Position numbers and translations under genes: made by a program. From positions 32,001-96,000 of the IMG/VR virus record IMGVR_UViG_3300045988_169015: DNA of 64,000 nt, one strand, 5' to 3'. The DNA comes from a virus. Below are positions 19,217 through 29,742 of this stretch, one piece after another. The notes beneath the pieces were generated by a model, which worked only from the letters and a program-made list of their open reading frames with translations, had not been told where the DNA came from and did no database searches. Numbering within the stretch: position 1 is the stretch's first letter; the number at the start of each line of letters is the position of its first letter.

Positions 19217-20308
19217 TTAAAACAAATCGTCATCATCGTTCTGCTTAAGTTCTTCCTTAATGCACTTATAATCAGCAATATACTTGCAAATATGTTTGTA
19301 TCCACATAAAACGCTGCAAAAAAACTCTGACGATTTATCAATTTCAACAGGTTCCCAGTCAACTTCATTATCGCTCTTACTTTCAAATTGCTCAATACGG
19401 TTTTTTATATAATCCAATGTCTCCTGCTTAAGCTCATCAGTTATCTCATACCATCTGACATAAGGCTTAATCGTGTACTTTTTACGAACCTCTTCGGGAA
19501 GCTTGTCCCAAGAATTACGTTTTACAGCATCATCAAGTATCATCTCAATATCAATTTCCGTAAAGCCAAGATTTTCAAGATCCGATTCGAGATACGGTTT
19601 CAGCTCTTTAAGTATTTTGCTTCTATTGAATATCTTCTTAATGCGAGTTTCTGTTTTAGCATTTTTACGAGCCTTACCGTTCCAACTGACTTCGGCATAT
19701 TTGAGCATTATCCAAGCAACATTTTTAACAGTATAGCCTTCCTGTTCTTTGCCCATTGCATAAAGTACAAGCTGTCTGCCATGGTGGATCAAATCCTTTG
19801 CCGTAAACTGTGATGACGTTTTCCAGTCAAAGATACTCAATGTGCCATCATTGTTATACCTAATGAGGTCGATATAGCCTTGAAGATAATGGGTTTGATC
19901 GCCGCAATCGTATATAAACAACTGTTCTGTCTCAAACTTTCCTTTTGGCTTTACGAAGCCTGTACAAAAATCTTTCATATCAGCTATCCAGTTGTCACGA
20001 ATGCTCGTACCACCGTTTCTATCGTTGGGAAAATCAATTCCAAGCATATCCATATCTTCAAGCTCCTTATTAAGAGCAGGAAGTAGAGCTGCTTCAGTGC
20101 TCTCGCCGTTCATAATTGCCTCAAGGCAATCGTGGATTCTCGTACCAAGGATACTATAACAGCTGCTGCTCTGTTTTGCATGCTTGACATATGATAAATA
20201 CGCCTGATATTCACACTGGTCGATTGTATTAAGCTTTGAAATAGAATACACTTTTTTCTTGGCATCGAACAATGCTTTTAATCGAGGGTCTAATTCTCTC
20301 TGCCCCAT
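19217..20308 (-). CDS. PD-(D/E)XK exonuclease (RecB/Cas4-like)
   Basis: GYIDLI...FDWKTS...QLVLY motifs. A C-terminal Cys cluster (CSVLCGYKHIC) plus an N-terminal Cys suggest a Cas4-type Fe-S site. Confidence 0.75.
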   Translation of the reverse strand: MGQRELDPRLKALFDAKKKVYSISKLNTIDQCEYQAYLSYVKHAKQSSSCYSILGTRIHDCLEAIMNGESTEAALLPALNKELEDMDMLGIDFPNDRNGGTSIRDNWIADMKDFCTGFVKPKGKFETEQLFIYDCGDQTHYLQGYIDLIRYNNDGTLSIFDWKTSSQFTAKDLIHHGRQLVLYAMGKEQEGYTVKNVAWIMLKYAEVSWNGKARKNAKTETRIKKIFNRSKILKELKPYLESDLENLGFTEIDIEMILDDAVKRNSWDKLPEEVRKKYTIKPYVRWYEITDELKQETLDYIKNRIEQFESKSDNEVDWEPVEIDKSSEFFCSVLCGYKHICKYIADYKCIKEELKQNDDDDLF

Positions 20309-21331
20309 TTACAACCACTTCACTTTCTTATTTATTGCATAAGCAAATTTATCTTTGCCTAAATCTGTTATTGATTGCTTTTTGTCTTTCTCCAGAATTT
20401 CGTTATCATCATCCCAGATATATCCGACTTTATTCTTTAAAATGGAATTATCACAGACAAGCTTACTGGCTTCATCTCTCACAAATTCTTCATCCAGCCC
20501 CTCATCGAAGGCGACGATCACTTTATCTGTCATCAATGACTTTATATATTTTGATTGCGTTTGACTGATATGACAGCCCGAAGAACCAAGAACACAATTA
20601 CACCCAAATGAGGCCGCTTGCATGGGAGCCTTTTCTGACTCGCATATAATACATAAATTCTTTTCTTGTATCGTTTGATAATTCCGATGAAATCCAAAGA
20701 GCGTCAGACTTCTCGAACACGGAATAATTGGTAGCCATCTATCCTCATGAGCGCAGTTCTTATCGTTAAGTCTTCCCATTATTCCACATAATTCGCCCTT
20801 GAATGTCCAGATTGGAACTGTTATCCGATTCGTCTCAATGTCATAACCGATATTAAACTCCGACTGCACTTCAAAATTGATGCCATCGTTGAAGAAAAGC
20901 ATATTAGGAATATTGACAAAATCATTTAATACCGAGGGAGAGTATGTCTGCACCACACTCTCCGGCTCGGCGACTTCTTTATGGAGACTTTTAAAGAAAC
21001 CTCCAAACGGAAGTTTAATATTGCTGACAGCACTCGTTGCTTGAATACCAATTTTCTTTGCTATGTATCTGAGACATTCGGGAAACGACATTCCCTCTCG
21101 TTCCATTACAAGAGTATAGAGATTACCCCTACTGTTGGTGCTGAAGCAGAAGTATTTCAGCGTGTCCAAATTCATAAGGATAGATGTAGGATTATTGCCC
21201 TCTCCCCTTGCGAAACGGAATTGTTTTTTGACGGTATCAAACTTGATATTCGAGAAGCCTATATCTTCGAGAATTTCGCTGACAGAATCGGGATGACCGG
21301 ATAAAAACTCTGTTATAGTAATTACGTTCAT
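20309..21331 (-). CDS. DNA primase (Toprim-type)
   Basis: 340 aa with a Toprim-like ICESEKAPMQ and a DxD region. It lies immediately downstream (minus-strand sense) of the helicase gene. Confidence 0.65.
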   Translation of the reverse strand: MNVITITEFLSGHPDSVSEILEDIGFSNIKFDTVKKQFRFARGEGNNPTSILMNLDTLKYFCFSTNSRGNLYTLVMEREGMSFPECLRYIAKKIGIQATSAVSNIKLPFGGFFKSLHKEVAEPESVVQTYSPSVLNDFVNIPNMLFFNDGINFEVQSEFNIGYDIETNRITVPIWTFKGELCGIMGRLNDKNCAHEDRWLPIIPCSRSLTLFGFHRNYQTIQEKNLCIICESEKAPMQAASFGCNCVLGSSGCHISQTQSKYIKSLMTDKVIVAFDEGLDEEFVRDEASKLVCDNSILKNKVGYIWDDDNEILEKDKKQSITDLGKDKFAYAINKKVKWL

Positions 21332-21339
21332 AGCTTCTC

Positions 21340-22815
21340 CTATGCGGCGTGATCGTTATATATCGTACAATATCCTAATTCGGTCCATTTATTAAATCTG
21401 CCATTCCATTCATACAAAACAGTCTGTTTATCTTCGTCATTACGGGTTTTATCAAGAAAGGCTACAAGATACTTCTTATCTTTATCAAGCGTTATCATCT
21501 CTTTGACTTTGGTAAGCTTTCCATTAGCATCACGCTTTAATCGATATGCCTTACAATCATGCTTCTCGCCTGTGTACTCATCGTCCCAAAGCTGACGGAG
21601 ATATATCATTTCGGAATATACCTCTTTGACCTGCTTGCCATTGGAAAGGCATCCCGCATCGAGCCAGCGCTTATTCAAGGTGCTTAGTGCAAGCTGAAAC
21701 GTAGTAACAACAGCTATGTTTTCCTTACTTCCAAGCTGAAAAAGCTGACGGGATTGAATGAGAAGCTGCTCCCATGTTGAGCGATCAAAAGTATCTTCAA
21801 CCTTTAGGGTATCATAAATCGCCGCCTGATAGCCAAGCTTGGCAAGCTTACGAATTATCTTTTTGGTTTTTGCCATATCGGTATCAAAAAGCTTGACAAA
21901 CTTAATATTGGGATATTTCTCAGCTGATATCTGACGAGCAAGTTCAAGCATTTCTTTTTGCGAATCTGTAAAATGTCCCATTTTTATTTTCTTTCTTGTC
22001 AGTTCCCAATAGTCAAGATCTTGAGTAAGAATATGTACAAGTAAAAGCTGTTGAAACGAGTGAATTTTCTGTTCGTTGCTGATTATTGCTACTTTGATCC
22101 CCTGCTCAACAAGAGGAAGAACAATACATTCAAATATAAAACTTGATTTTCCGGCGCCTGAATGGCCGCCAATCATTGTCATTTCACCGAGCGGCAGCCC
22201 CATAGTAAGATAATTCAGGATATGACAAACCTTACCATAGTTCAAACCCATTTCCTCGCCTGCATCGCACTTGTCTATATAAGCCTGATCAATAACAAGA
22301 TCTTCAATTACTGAGTCATGTCCCGTATTTAAGCTGATAGAATTTAGCAGATAGTCATAGTAGTCATAGACTTCCTGATTAGTCATCTTCATAAGCTTTT
22401 TGACATTATCAAGCACATTAAAGCCTTTATCGTGGAGCATCATCAGCGTATTCATTTTGGCAATCTGGTCAAAATAAGCATCGGTGTTTTCCACGTCTAC
22501 AAGACTGCGAAGTTCTTCAACTGTCTTATAGCCGCCAAGCTTTTCAAAATGTTTTTTTACTGTTGGCTTATCTTCAAGAAAAGTATAAACCGAAACATTA
22601 TCAAAAGCCTTAAAGCCCTGTTTATAAAGCTGTTTGCCAAGAGAATAATAGAAAATTCCGTCTTCTGTCTTGATCGTTTCGTCATTATTGTCGTTTAAAG
22701 CACCGTAATCACTATATAAGTCTGACTGTTTCCAAAGGCAGAAGATAAAACTTGCCTCGACTGCATTGCGACCATCGGTTAATTCTTTTGGATACTCACT
22801 TAGTTCTTTGCTCAA
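21340..22815 (-). CDS. dnaB: replicative DNA helicase (DnaB-like)
   Basis: 491 aa with Walker A GGHSGAGKSSF in the C-terminal RecA-like domain. Confidence 0.85.
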   Translation of the reverse strand: MSKELSEYPKELTDGRNAVEASFIFCLWKQSDLYSDYGALNDNNDETIKTEDGIFYYSLGKQLYKQGFKAFDNVSVYTFLEDKPTVKKHFEKLGGYKTVEELRSLVDVENTDAYFDQIAKMNTLMMLHDKGFNVLDNVKKLMKMTNQEVYDYYDYLLNSISLNTGHDSVIEDLVIDQAYIDKCDAGEEMGLNYGKVCHILNYLTMGLPLGEMTMIGGHSGAGKSSFIFECIVLPLVEQGIKVAIISNEQKIHSFQQLLLVHILTQDLDYWELTRKKIKMGHFTDSQKEMLELARQISAEKYPNIKFVKLFDTDMAKTKKIIRKLAKLGYQAAIYDTLKVEDTFDRSTWEQLLIQSRQLFQLGSKENIAVVTTFQLALSTLNKRWLDAGCLSNGKQVKEVYSEMIYLRQLWDDEYTGEKHDCKAYRLKRDANGKLTKVKEMITLDKDKKYLVAFLDKTRNDEDKQTVLYEWNGRFNKWTELGYCTIYNDHAA

Positions 22816-23315
22816 ATATCATCACCGTCCAACCATGACGTTATGTCTCTGACATTTGATGATGCAGGAACCGATTCAGGAATGTCTATAATTTCGGTAT
22901 TATGTTTTTGCTGCTCACACTTCTTATTCCATTGATACGACTTGTTTACATCATTGATATTGTTACTAATAATTGCGAATATGTACGATATCTTACCCGA
23001 TTCGTTTTTAAATTCTTTGTTGTTTGTGTAGCGCAGGATATTATCTTGCATCTTTTCAATAGTCTTGAGGATTACGTCGTAACTATAAAAGCTCAGTTCA
23101 TTTAACTTCTTTTGAATATATGATGGGAACTTTTGCCCTGTTTGATACCCAAGAAAATCATATGCTATCTTTGATACAATGGCGTTGCGGGTATCAATCT
23201 CGTGGCGGTATTGATCATATACCGCCTGAGACTGATAATAAAATCTTCCGATTTTTACGAATGTGTCAGTATTCCCTTCAACGCCTGTTATATGACATTT
23301 ACAAGGTCTACCCAT
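22812..23315 (-). CDS. hypothetical protein (position of a helicase loader)
   Basis: 167 aa, overlapping dnaB by 4 nt. Confidence 0.45.
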   Translation of the reverse strand: MGRPCKCHITGVEGNTDTFVKIGRFYYQSQAVYDQYRHEIDTRNAIVSKIAYDFLGYQTGQKFPSYIQKKLNELSFYSYDVILKTIEKMQDNILRYTNNKEFKNESGKISYIFAIISNNINDVNKSYQWNKKCEQQKHNTEIIDIPESVPASSNVRDITSWLDGDDI

Positions 23316-23321
23316 AGGACA

Positions 23322-24440
23322 TTAACCAAGCACTGCAAGCACTGCTTCAAGTGATGCAGTGGGAACTTCGGTGTCCTTGAAGTTCTTAAGACCGACTTCA
23401 ATCATCTTAGACTTGATGGCAGACTGAATTTCCTCTGTTGCATCGGTGAAACGAGACTTGATTTCGGCAATGATTTCTTCGTTGCGGTCAAGGTCGATTT
23501 TGTTAGTCTTAGCCGACTTCGAATATTCGGCGGCAGCTATTGCGGCAGCCTTGTCTCTTTCAGACTGTTCCTTCTTGATTTCAGCCTCGGACTTACCAGA
23601 CTTTGATTTCTCAGCAAGAATAGCATCCTGCATTGCTTTGATAAAAGCATCAACATCGAAAGGTATCTTATCGACAATATCAGCAAAACGAGACTTGCTA
23701 TCGACTGAATAATTATTGTCCCTGAAACTAATCACACGATTTTCTGCCATTACTTTATTTGTAGTAATATCTTTGCCCTTAATATCTTTTCTACCTGTTT
23801 TCTCATTGATTATATCTCTGTCGATATATGCAAAACCAACAAAGTGCATCTTATTTTTTATGGCATTAAAATATCTCTGTTGAGCGTCTGCTGTCAATTT
23901 TGAATATGTTGTCTGTGTAATTGGATCGATTATATCCGACCTTTTAACGTGGAATATAATAATGGGGTGTACATTTACACTTTTAAATCTCCAAATATTA
24001 TTAAGAATTAGTTCGGCAGCTTTATCTTGCCCTTTTCCGAAACCATTCCACGCTCCATTTATTGTTTCAGCTTTTTTATCGGAATTTCTCTTATTCCATA
24101 TTCTTACTGCTTTGTCCTCTGCCATGGGGATGAGCTCATCATATGTATCAATAATTATAACCTGAAGATGTGGGTAATCTGTCTCTTTATTTTCAACAAT
24201 ATCATCGATAACCTCTTCAAATTTATCCCAATTTTCAATTTTTTCAGTTACTACTCCCTCAATAGCATCCGCTCCATCTTCCTTACCGATATCAAAGTGC
24301 ATATATCCCTCATCTCCGACAAGTTTTTCGCACATTTGATAGCACAGTGTTGTCTTTCCGATGCCACCTTCACCAAGAAAAGCGATATTGTAGTGAAGTG
24401 GATTGAGATCCACTGAATTTTTCTTACCATACTTACCCAT
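23322..24440 (-). CDS. AAA/RecA-like ATPase (Sak4-like recombination protein)
   Basis: Walker A LGEGGIGKTTL. Start set to the ATG at 24440, behind AGGAGG. Confidence 0.7.
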   Translation of the reverse strand: MGKYGKKNSVDLNPLHYNIAFLGEGGIGKTTLCYQMCEKLVGDEGYMHFDIGKEDGADAIEGVVTEKIENWDKFEEVIDDIVENKETDYPHLQVIIIDTYDELIPMAEDKAVRIWNKRNSDKKAETINGAWNGFGKGQDKAAELILNNIWRFKSVNVHPIIIFHVKRSDIIDPITQTTYSKLTADAQQRYFNAIKNKMHFVGFAYIDRDIINEKTGRKDIKGKDITTNKVMAENRVISFRDNNYSVDSKSRFADIVDKIPFDVDAFIKAMQDAILAEKSKSGKSEAEIKKEQSERDKAAAIAAAEYSKSAKTNKIDLDRNEEIIAEIKSRFTDATEEIQSAIKSKMIEVGLKNFKDTEVPTASLEAVLAVLG

Positions 24441-24480
24441 TATGTAATTCCTCCTGTTTTGTAACAACTTTTGCCACAAT

Positions 24481-24508
24481 CATAGCGACATTTTATGGTG
24501 TCGCTATG
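24481..24508. repeat. perfect 10-bp inverted repeat, 8-nt loop
   Basis: CATAGCGACA-ttttatgg-TGTCGCTATG, in the 95-nt gap between the SSB-like and ATPase genes. Confidence 0.7.
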
Positions 24509-24534
24509 ATAATTCTCGTGTTTCACTGCCTTAA

Positions 24535-25677
24535 TCAGAACAAGTCAAAAGCCTCGTCGTCCTGTCCGTCAGCTTCGGGAACATCATCATCGACTTTCTT
24601 CGCTGACTTCTTAGGCTCGTCCTCGGTTTCGTCAAGCTTTTCCTCGACGGCATTAGGCACATAAATCTCGTCTTCGAACTCAGACATCTTCATATCAAGT
24701 TCGACCAGTCCATCAGAGAAATCATCGCCCTTGCCGAAGTCTTTCAGTACAGGCTCAAAAACTCTGTACTCGTTTACTTTATCTCCAAGTACACCATTCT
24801 TGGGCTTAAAATCGTCAAGCTCCCTGACACCAAGGTCAACCTGCATTTTCTGAGCGGGAGTAAGCATATCATATGTAAAATCAACAGCTTCAGCGCCCCT
24901 GAGAAGAACCACTTCCCAAGCAAGATGACACATATTCTTATTCTTAATGTCCATATATGACATCTTATAATCAAACAACTGCTTATGCTTTTCGTTTTCC
25001 ATATCATACTTGCTTGCATTGAATACAAGCTGCATGGGAATATACTTACTGCCTTCATCCTTGTTTATGTACTGTTTAATATATCCATCAAGATAGATCT
25101 TCTTTTCATCCTTGAAATCAGTCTTATCAATACTGTCCTTATTATAGTAGAAATCAAACGTCAGTCCGAGTCTGCTCTTTCTATCCTCTTCGACAGCGTA
25201 CAGGTTCTGAAGTCTGAACTTTTCATACCATTTACCCTTCGAATATGTCTTCTGGTAATCGCCCACAGCAAGAATCTTGCCCTTGTATTCAGAAAGCTTC
25301 TCTGCAAGAAATTCAATCATATCAAACTGCGTGAGAAATTCCTGACGGCCATCAAACTCTTCGCCCAGATTAACAATGTACTTTCTGTAATTTGCAACTG
25401 TTGCAACAATATCGGGATCCTTGCGATCGTCCCAATCAATTTCAATATCGTTATTATCAGTGTCTTTTGACTTGATAATGCTTCTGGGGCTATCCGACAC
25501 CTCCATAAATGCCATATTGGTATCGCTTTCCTTGATGCCAAAGTTCAGCGAAGTCAGCTCCATAGAGTTTTTCTTGCCATTTCTCACATACTCAATTGTC
25601 TTTGTTGACAGCAAAGGCTTCTTTGAAGTTTCCTTGGGAATCGATATGTTTCCCACAAAGTTAAATCTATTATTCAT
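24535..25677 (-). CDS. putative ssDNA-binding protein (T7 gp2.5-like acidic tail)
   Basis: About 380 aa. The C-terminus DDDVPEADGQDDEAFDLF is an acidic tail ending in Phe. The gene sits within the replication/recombination block. Confidence 0.5.
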   Translation of the reverse strand: MNNRFNFVGNISIPKETSKKPLLSTKTIEYVRNGKKNSMELTSLNFGIKESDTNMAFMEVSDSPRSIIKSKDTDNNDIEIDWDDRKDPDIVATVANYRKYIVNLGEEFDGRQEFLTQFDMIEFLAEKLSEYKGKILAVGDYQKTYSKGKWYEKFRLQNLYAVEEDRKSRLGLTFDFYYNKDSIDKTDFKDEKKIYLDGYIKQYINKDEGSKYIPMQLVFNASKYDMENEKHKQLFDYKMSYMDIKNKNMCHLAWEVVLLRGAEAVDFTYDMLTPAQKMQVDLGVRELDDFKPKNGVLGDKVNEYRVFEPVLKDFGKGDDFSDGLVELDMKMSEFEDEIYVPNAVEEKLDETEDEPKKSAKKVDDDVPEADGQDDEAFDLF

Positions 25678-25969
25678 TCGCATTGTCCTTTCCGAGCAAA
25701 CAGTTTGCTCTTTTCTGTGTTTCTTCTATCGCCTTCTGAATTTCCTGTGGTGAATTCTTGAGCGTTATATCTACAAAGTTCGATATATCTGCAATCAATG
25801 CTGATCTATCATCACCTGTAAATCCGTTGATTTTATCCTTAATGACCTGACAAAAAGCCTGGCTGCCATAAGAAAAGCCAATATTAAACTGCTTCTGCAG
25901 TTGTGTCTTATAAACTGCCTGAAGTTTTGCGATATTGTTATCAACTGTTTCAATCTGATGTGACTTCAT
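25670..25969 (-). CDS. hypothetical protein
   Basis: Start set to the ATG at 25969 (MKSHQIE), behind GGAGAAG. Confidence 0.4.
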   Translation of the reverse strand: MKSHQIETVDNNIAKLQAVYKTQLQKQFNIGFSYGSQAFCQVIKDKINGFTGDDRSALIADISNFVDITLKNSPQEIQKAIEETQKRANCLLGKDNANE

Positions 25970-26756
25970 TGTTCTTCTCCGCCTTTCCGTCAAGATCGGG
26001 TCTGTATCTGAACTTAGGCATAGGCTTCAGCTTATGCAGATTTGCATAATGCTTTCCGTCTATGATCTTCTTGGTGTCTTCGTCACATTCGCCTGTACGG
26101 ATGTACTTATCGAGTGTCTCATATGTAAATCCGAGATTCTCCTCATCAGTCTTACCGCAGAGACCGTCAGTAGGCACCTTATCGATCAGACAGCTGGGAA
26201 GCCCAAGTTCTCTGCCGATTGCCTTAACTTCCTGAACGGTAAAATCGTGGAGAGGGCTGAAATCACCTGCACCATCACCGAACTTGGTTGCGTAGCCGAC
26301 CCAATCTTCACTGAGATTGCAGGTATTGGCTACTCTGCCGCCCCTAAGAGCAGAAACGCAATAAAGGATTGTCATACGAGTTCTGGCAGGGTAATTCGTA
26401 TTCATACACCTGATCTTATTCTCAGGGCATCCAATGGTGTGTATCTGCACAGTTTCATCAACCACTTTGCAAACATCCTCGATGTTAATTTCATACACGT
26501 TCTTATCGGGAATTCCGCATACAGTGCAAGCCGTGTAAGAATATCTGATATCACCCTGCTTACCTCTGGGGAGCAGCACTGCAATTACTCTCTCGGAACC
26601 AAGAGCCTCTGCGCACAGCTTAAGTACCACAGAACTATCCTTGCCGCCCGAAACACCGACGACGGCAGTTGTATTCTCATCGCCGTTCTTGTCAAAGTAC
26701 CAGCGGATCCAGTCAATAATCTTGGAAGTTATCTTCTTTGCATTAAAATCATTCAT
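25950..26756 (-). CDS. nadE: NAD+ synthetase (PP-loop ATP pyrophosphatase)
   Basis: PP-loop motif SGGxDS (VGVSGGKDSSV). 268 aa. Confidence 0.85.
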   Translation of the reverse strand: MNDFNAKKITSKIIDWIRWYFDKNGDENTTAVVGVSGGKDSSVVLKLCAEALGSERVIAVLLPRGKQGDIRYSYTACTVCGIPDKNVYEINIEDVCKVVDETVQIHTIGCPENKIRCMNTNYPARTRMTILYCVSALRGGRVANTCNLSEDWVGYATKFGDGAGDFSPLHDFTVQEVKAIGRELGLPSCLIDKVPTDGLCGKTDEENLGFTYETLDKYIRTGECDEDTKKIIDGKHYANLHKLKPMPKFRYRPDLDGKAEKNNEVTSD

Positions 26757-26768
26757 CTTAATTTCCTC

Positions 26769-27020
26769 TCATTCGTCCAAAGTTATAGAATTATTAATTT
26801 TTATTACGATTTCGTCATCACTCATATAGGAAGCCGCTCCAGATTGAAGATTAACAACACAAGAATAGTCACTAACATCAATCGTTGGCAAGTTCACATT
26901 GGGAATAATACGTATATCGGTATTGATATAGTAAGAACCATTCTTCATAAATAAATTTCCGACTGGTATATCTCCTAATGTGACTATTTTATAACTGTTT
27001 CTGATTCCAATTTGTGCCAT
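26769..27020 (-). CDS. hypothetical small protein
   Basis: 83-aa ORF inside the NAD module. Confidence 0.4.
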   Translation of the reverse strand: MAQIGIRNSYKIVTLGDIPVGNLFMKNGSYYINTDIRIIPNVNLPTIDVSDYSCVVNLQSGAASYMSDDEIVIKINNSITLDE

Positions 27021-27024
27021 AATA

Positions 27025-27453
27025 TCACTCCTTTTTTACATATCCCATTTCCACCTGCCAGCAGAGAGTTGCCAGGGCATTACAAGCCTCGAAAAGTCCG
27101 GCCTTGTCGTCAAGAAATAAATTATAATATATTTTCAAACCGTCTCCATATCTGCCGATTTCCGGGATATTCTCGTTAATGGTATCGAATGGAAGGTTCT
27201 CATCATGAAGAAACTGAATATTCTTTTCGTTATGGGGATTGGCTGTAAACACGATGAAATAAGGATTTAAAATTGTTTTCGCTTTACGTATCAAATTCTT
27301 CGCATGGTCACAGCATTCGCTTTTATACGGCCTCACTGTATCGTCAAGGTCATATGCAATAATCAAGCGTTCATGCTCGATATAGGCATCCCTGAGACGC
27401 TTATACAGAAAACCACCTACGAAAGCATCGTCTTCTTTTACTGTTGATGTCAT
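27025..27453 (-). CDS. HAD-superfamily phosphatase/nucleotidase-like
   Basis: HAD motif I DxDxT (AYDLDDTV) and motif IV (FLDDK). Confidence 0.6.
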   Translation of the reverse strand: MTSTVKEDDAFVGGFLYKRLRDAYIEHERLIIAYDLDDTVRPYKSECCDHAKNLIRKAKTILNPYFIVFTANPHNEKNIQFLHDENLPFDTINENIPEIGRYGDGLKIYYNLFLDDKAGLFEACNALATLCWQVEMGYVKKE

Positions 27454-28919
27454 CAGAAACCTCCTTCATAAAGCATATTACGAACGTCAGCAAGCGTCTG
27501 AGTATTATAGCATTTACCATCCTCGAACACTGTGCGGAACAAGCCATTGACAGGAACTGTCTCAGCTGTAAAGCCGTCCTGATACTTTATCTCGCCGTGC
27601 TCTTTATAGATAAAGCACATACCCTTCTGGGACTTCTTGAATCTCGTATCTGTCTTGGGATTCTTAAAAATCATTATGGGCTTACCATCTACCTCACCAT
27701 AAGTCGCCTTAATAGCTATTGAATATGTATCACGGGTAAAAGGCTTGAGCATATTGTCCTCTTCAACGCACATCATTGAGAAGCTGCCGACACCGAGGAT
27801 TACATTATTGCAGGCAAAACCGTTGTCAATGAGCCTCTGGTATATCTGCTGACAGCGCTGAACGGTGATACTGTCCCCGTAAATCGCCTTAACGTGAGGG
27901 TCGAGTACCTTATAACCCTTGCTGTTGACTGTTCCGCCGAATTCTTCCCAGAGTGCAAACACAGTTTCGGTCACTATCTCAACAGGGTCTCCGCTGTCCC
28001 CTCTTATCAGCATACAGCCGTTGTGAGCCATAATTTCAGGCTTTAGCTGAGGCAAAATATTATTGACTACATTCCAGTAATCATAAGAATCGCATACTAC
28101 ACTGAAACTGTTATTGGGATAAAGCTCAGTCAGCAGCTTACGGAGAAATGTAATCTCGTCGCCGTCAATAGAGAAGTTGCTGGTCATCACTGAATGTTCG
28201 GTAGACACTGCCCCGTATGCTACGGGCTCCTTGGTGCAATCGCAGTGATAATACTTTTCCAGCCAAGGGATTGCGGGCACTGTCGCTGTATTCAGAAACG
28301 AAGTACACCAACCGGCAGAAGAAGCGATTGCGCTTTCAAGACTATGCTGACCTCTGAACGAGAAGTCACCGAGAGCCTTGGCTCTGGGCACGCCATCTTC
28401 AACGCTGATGTCGTAGAACTTATCAACGATCTGACGATACCAATAACCCACATTTGCAGACACCATTGGATGCCAGAGTGAAGCACTCATAAGACTTTCA
28501 AGGAACTGTCCGACCCATACAAAGTCAGGGTGTGTGCTGCTTATTTCCAGCATAGGAACGTGCATGGGGACACGGGTTCCCTCGGGAAGTGCCGATATCT
28601 TAACGGGCAAATAGCCCAGCTCGTGAAGAGCTCTGATTTTTGCGGTATCATATGTACCCTTGCCGAGAGTGCTGCCGAGAACTCTTTCATACTCGGCGCA
28701 GATCTCATCGACAGGCTTATTGAAAAATTCGTTATTGAAATATTCCACAAGATACTTCTCGATGAACGCCTGAAGTCCGAAGAAGACGAGTTTGTCATCG
28801 TGTACTCTGGACATTCTTGGTGTCATATAGGATACGAGCTTAGTGAGCTTGGGACTAAATTGAGCCTGATGGGTCATCTTATAAAAATCGCCCAGAAGCA
28901 TTGGCATTATTTCATTCAT
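27453..28919 (-). CDS. nicotinamide phosphoribosyltransferase family enzyme (NAMPT/NadV or Namat-type)
   Basis: GDFYKMTH, DFSFRGQHS, STEHSV, CDSYD, IRGDSGDP, YGDSI and KKSQKG align with NAMPT signature blocks. Confidence 0.9.
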   Translation of the reverse strand: MNEIMPMLLGDFYKMTHQAQFSPKLTKLVSYMTPRMSRVHDDKLVFFGLQAFIEKYLVEYFNNEFFNKPVDEICAEYERVLGSTLGKGTYDTAKIRALHELGYLPVKISALPEGTRVPMHVPMLEISSTHPDFVWVGQFLESLMSASLWHPMVSANVGYWYRQIVDKFYDISVEDGVPRAKALGDFSFRGQHSLESAIASSAGWCTSFLNTATVPAIPWLEKYYHCDCTKEPVAYGAVSTEHSVMTSNFSIDGDEITFLRKLLTELYPNNSFSVVCDSYDYWNVVNNILPQLKPEIMAHNGCMLIRGDSGDPVEIVTETVFALWEEFGGTVNSKGYKVLDPHVKAIYGDSITVQRCQQIYQRLIDNGFACNNVILGVGSFSMMCVEEDNMLKPFTRDTYSIAIKATYGEVDGKPIMIFKNPKTDTRFKKSQKGMCFIYKEHGEIKYQDGFTAETVPVNGLFRTVFEDGKCYNTQTLADVRNMLYEGGF

Positions 28920-29740
28920 ATGAAATTACCTCTTATTTCTGTTATTTTGTCGTTTTCAATGGGGATTTCCAGTGTATTGACTGTATAGATATGATCAATC
29001 CAGTCTGTCGTGAGCAGTATTCCTTCATACACAGCCTTTTCAAGATGAGTTACAAACAAATCTACCTTAGCTGCACCTGCCGCTTTAAGAGCCTGAGCTG
29101 CAAGAATAAATGTGCCGCCCTTAACACAAAGGTCATCGATTATCAGAATGTTTTTGTCCTTAATATCGGGGGCATTAACCAGCTCATACTTTTCAATCTT
29201 TCCGGTTGAAAGCTCACGCTTCTTGTTACCGTAAAAGTAATTAGTATATGTAAGGTGCTCGCCAAAAGACTTGCAGGCTCCATTATCAGGATAAAATACG
29301 TAATCGGGGGCACTTCGCCTATGTACTTCTTGAATACCGGCATCGTATATAACTTTGACGTTGTTAATAAGCGCCGGAGTTACATTGGAGTGAGGTGTAA
29401 GTATTGTTACCGAATCAAAATTAAGAGAATTGATGATATCGGCAACATATCTGAGGCTGAACGCCATTGAAGACATCTGCCTATCCATTCTTGAATATGG
29501 CATATATGCAATGGTCAGAGTTATAATTGCTTCATCCCAACCGTAATCAACTCTGTTTTCCTTTGACTGTTCATCAAGACACTTCTTGGCCACAATGAGC
29601 TTAAAGATATCAGCGTCCGATTCATATACAAGCTTGATTTCATTTACTGCATCCTTGACATAATAAGTTCCCATATCAAAAATGGTTTCACCATTAGGAA
29701 AACTTTTATCTCCAAAAGGTGCATTATTTATGTAAATCAT
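28916..29740 (-). CDS. ribose-phosphate pyrophosphokinase family enzyme (Prs or Adps-type)
   Basis: PRPP/PRTase loop IIDDLCVKGGT and N-terminal FPNGE. It overlaps the NAMPT-family gene by 4 nt. Confidence 0.8.
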   Translation of the reverse strand: MIYINNAPFGDKSFPNGETIFDMGTYYVKDAVNEIKLVYESDADIFKLIVAKKCLDEQSKENRVDYGWDEAIITLTIAYMPYSRMDRQMSSMAFSLRYVADIINSLNFDSVTILTPHSNVTPALINNVKVIYDAGIQEVHRRSAPDYVFYPDNGACKSFGEHLTYTNYFYGNKKRELSTGKIEKYELVNAPDIKDKNILIIDDLCVKGGTFILAAQALKAAGAAKVDLFVTHLEKAVYEGILLTTDWIDHIYTVNTLEIPIENDKITEIRGNFI

Positions 29741-29742
29741 AG

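Noticed and set aside
1128-22815. Inteins or introns splitting NrdD, Pol III alpha or DnaB
   Set aside because: Each protein is of normal length with contiguous motifs. The HNH endonuclease is free-standing between genes rather than inside one.
26034-26954. 306-aa plus-strand ORF
   Set aside because: It is an antisense shadow of nadE and its neighbours. The translation is low-complexity, there is no RBS, and the minus-strand genes have clear motifs.
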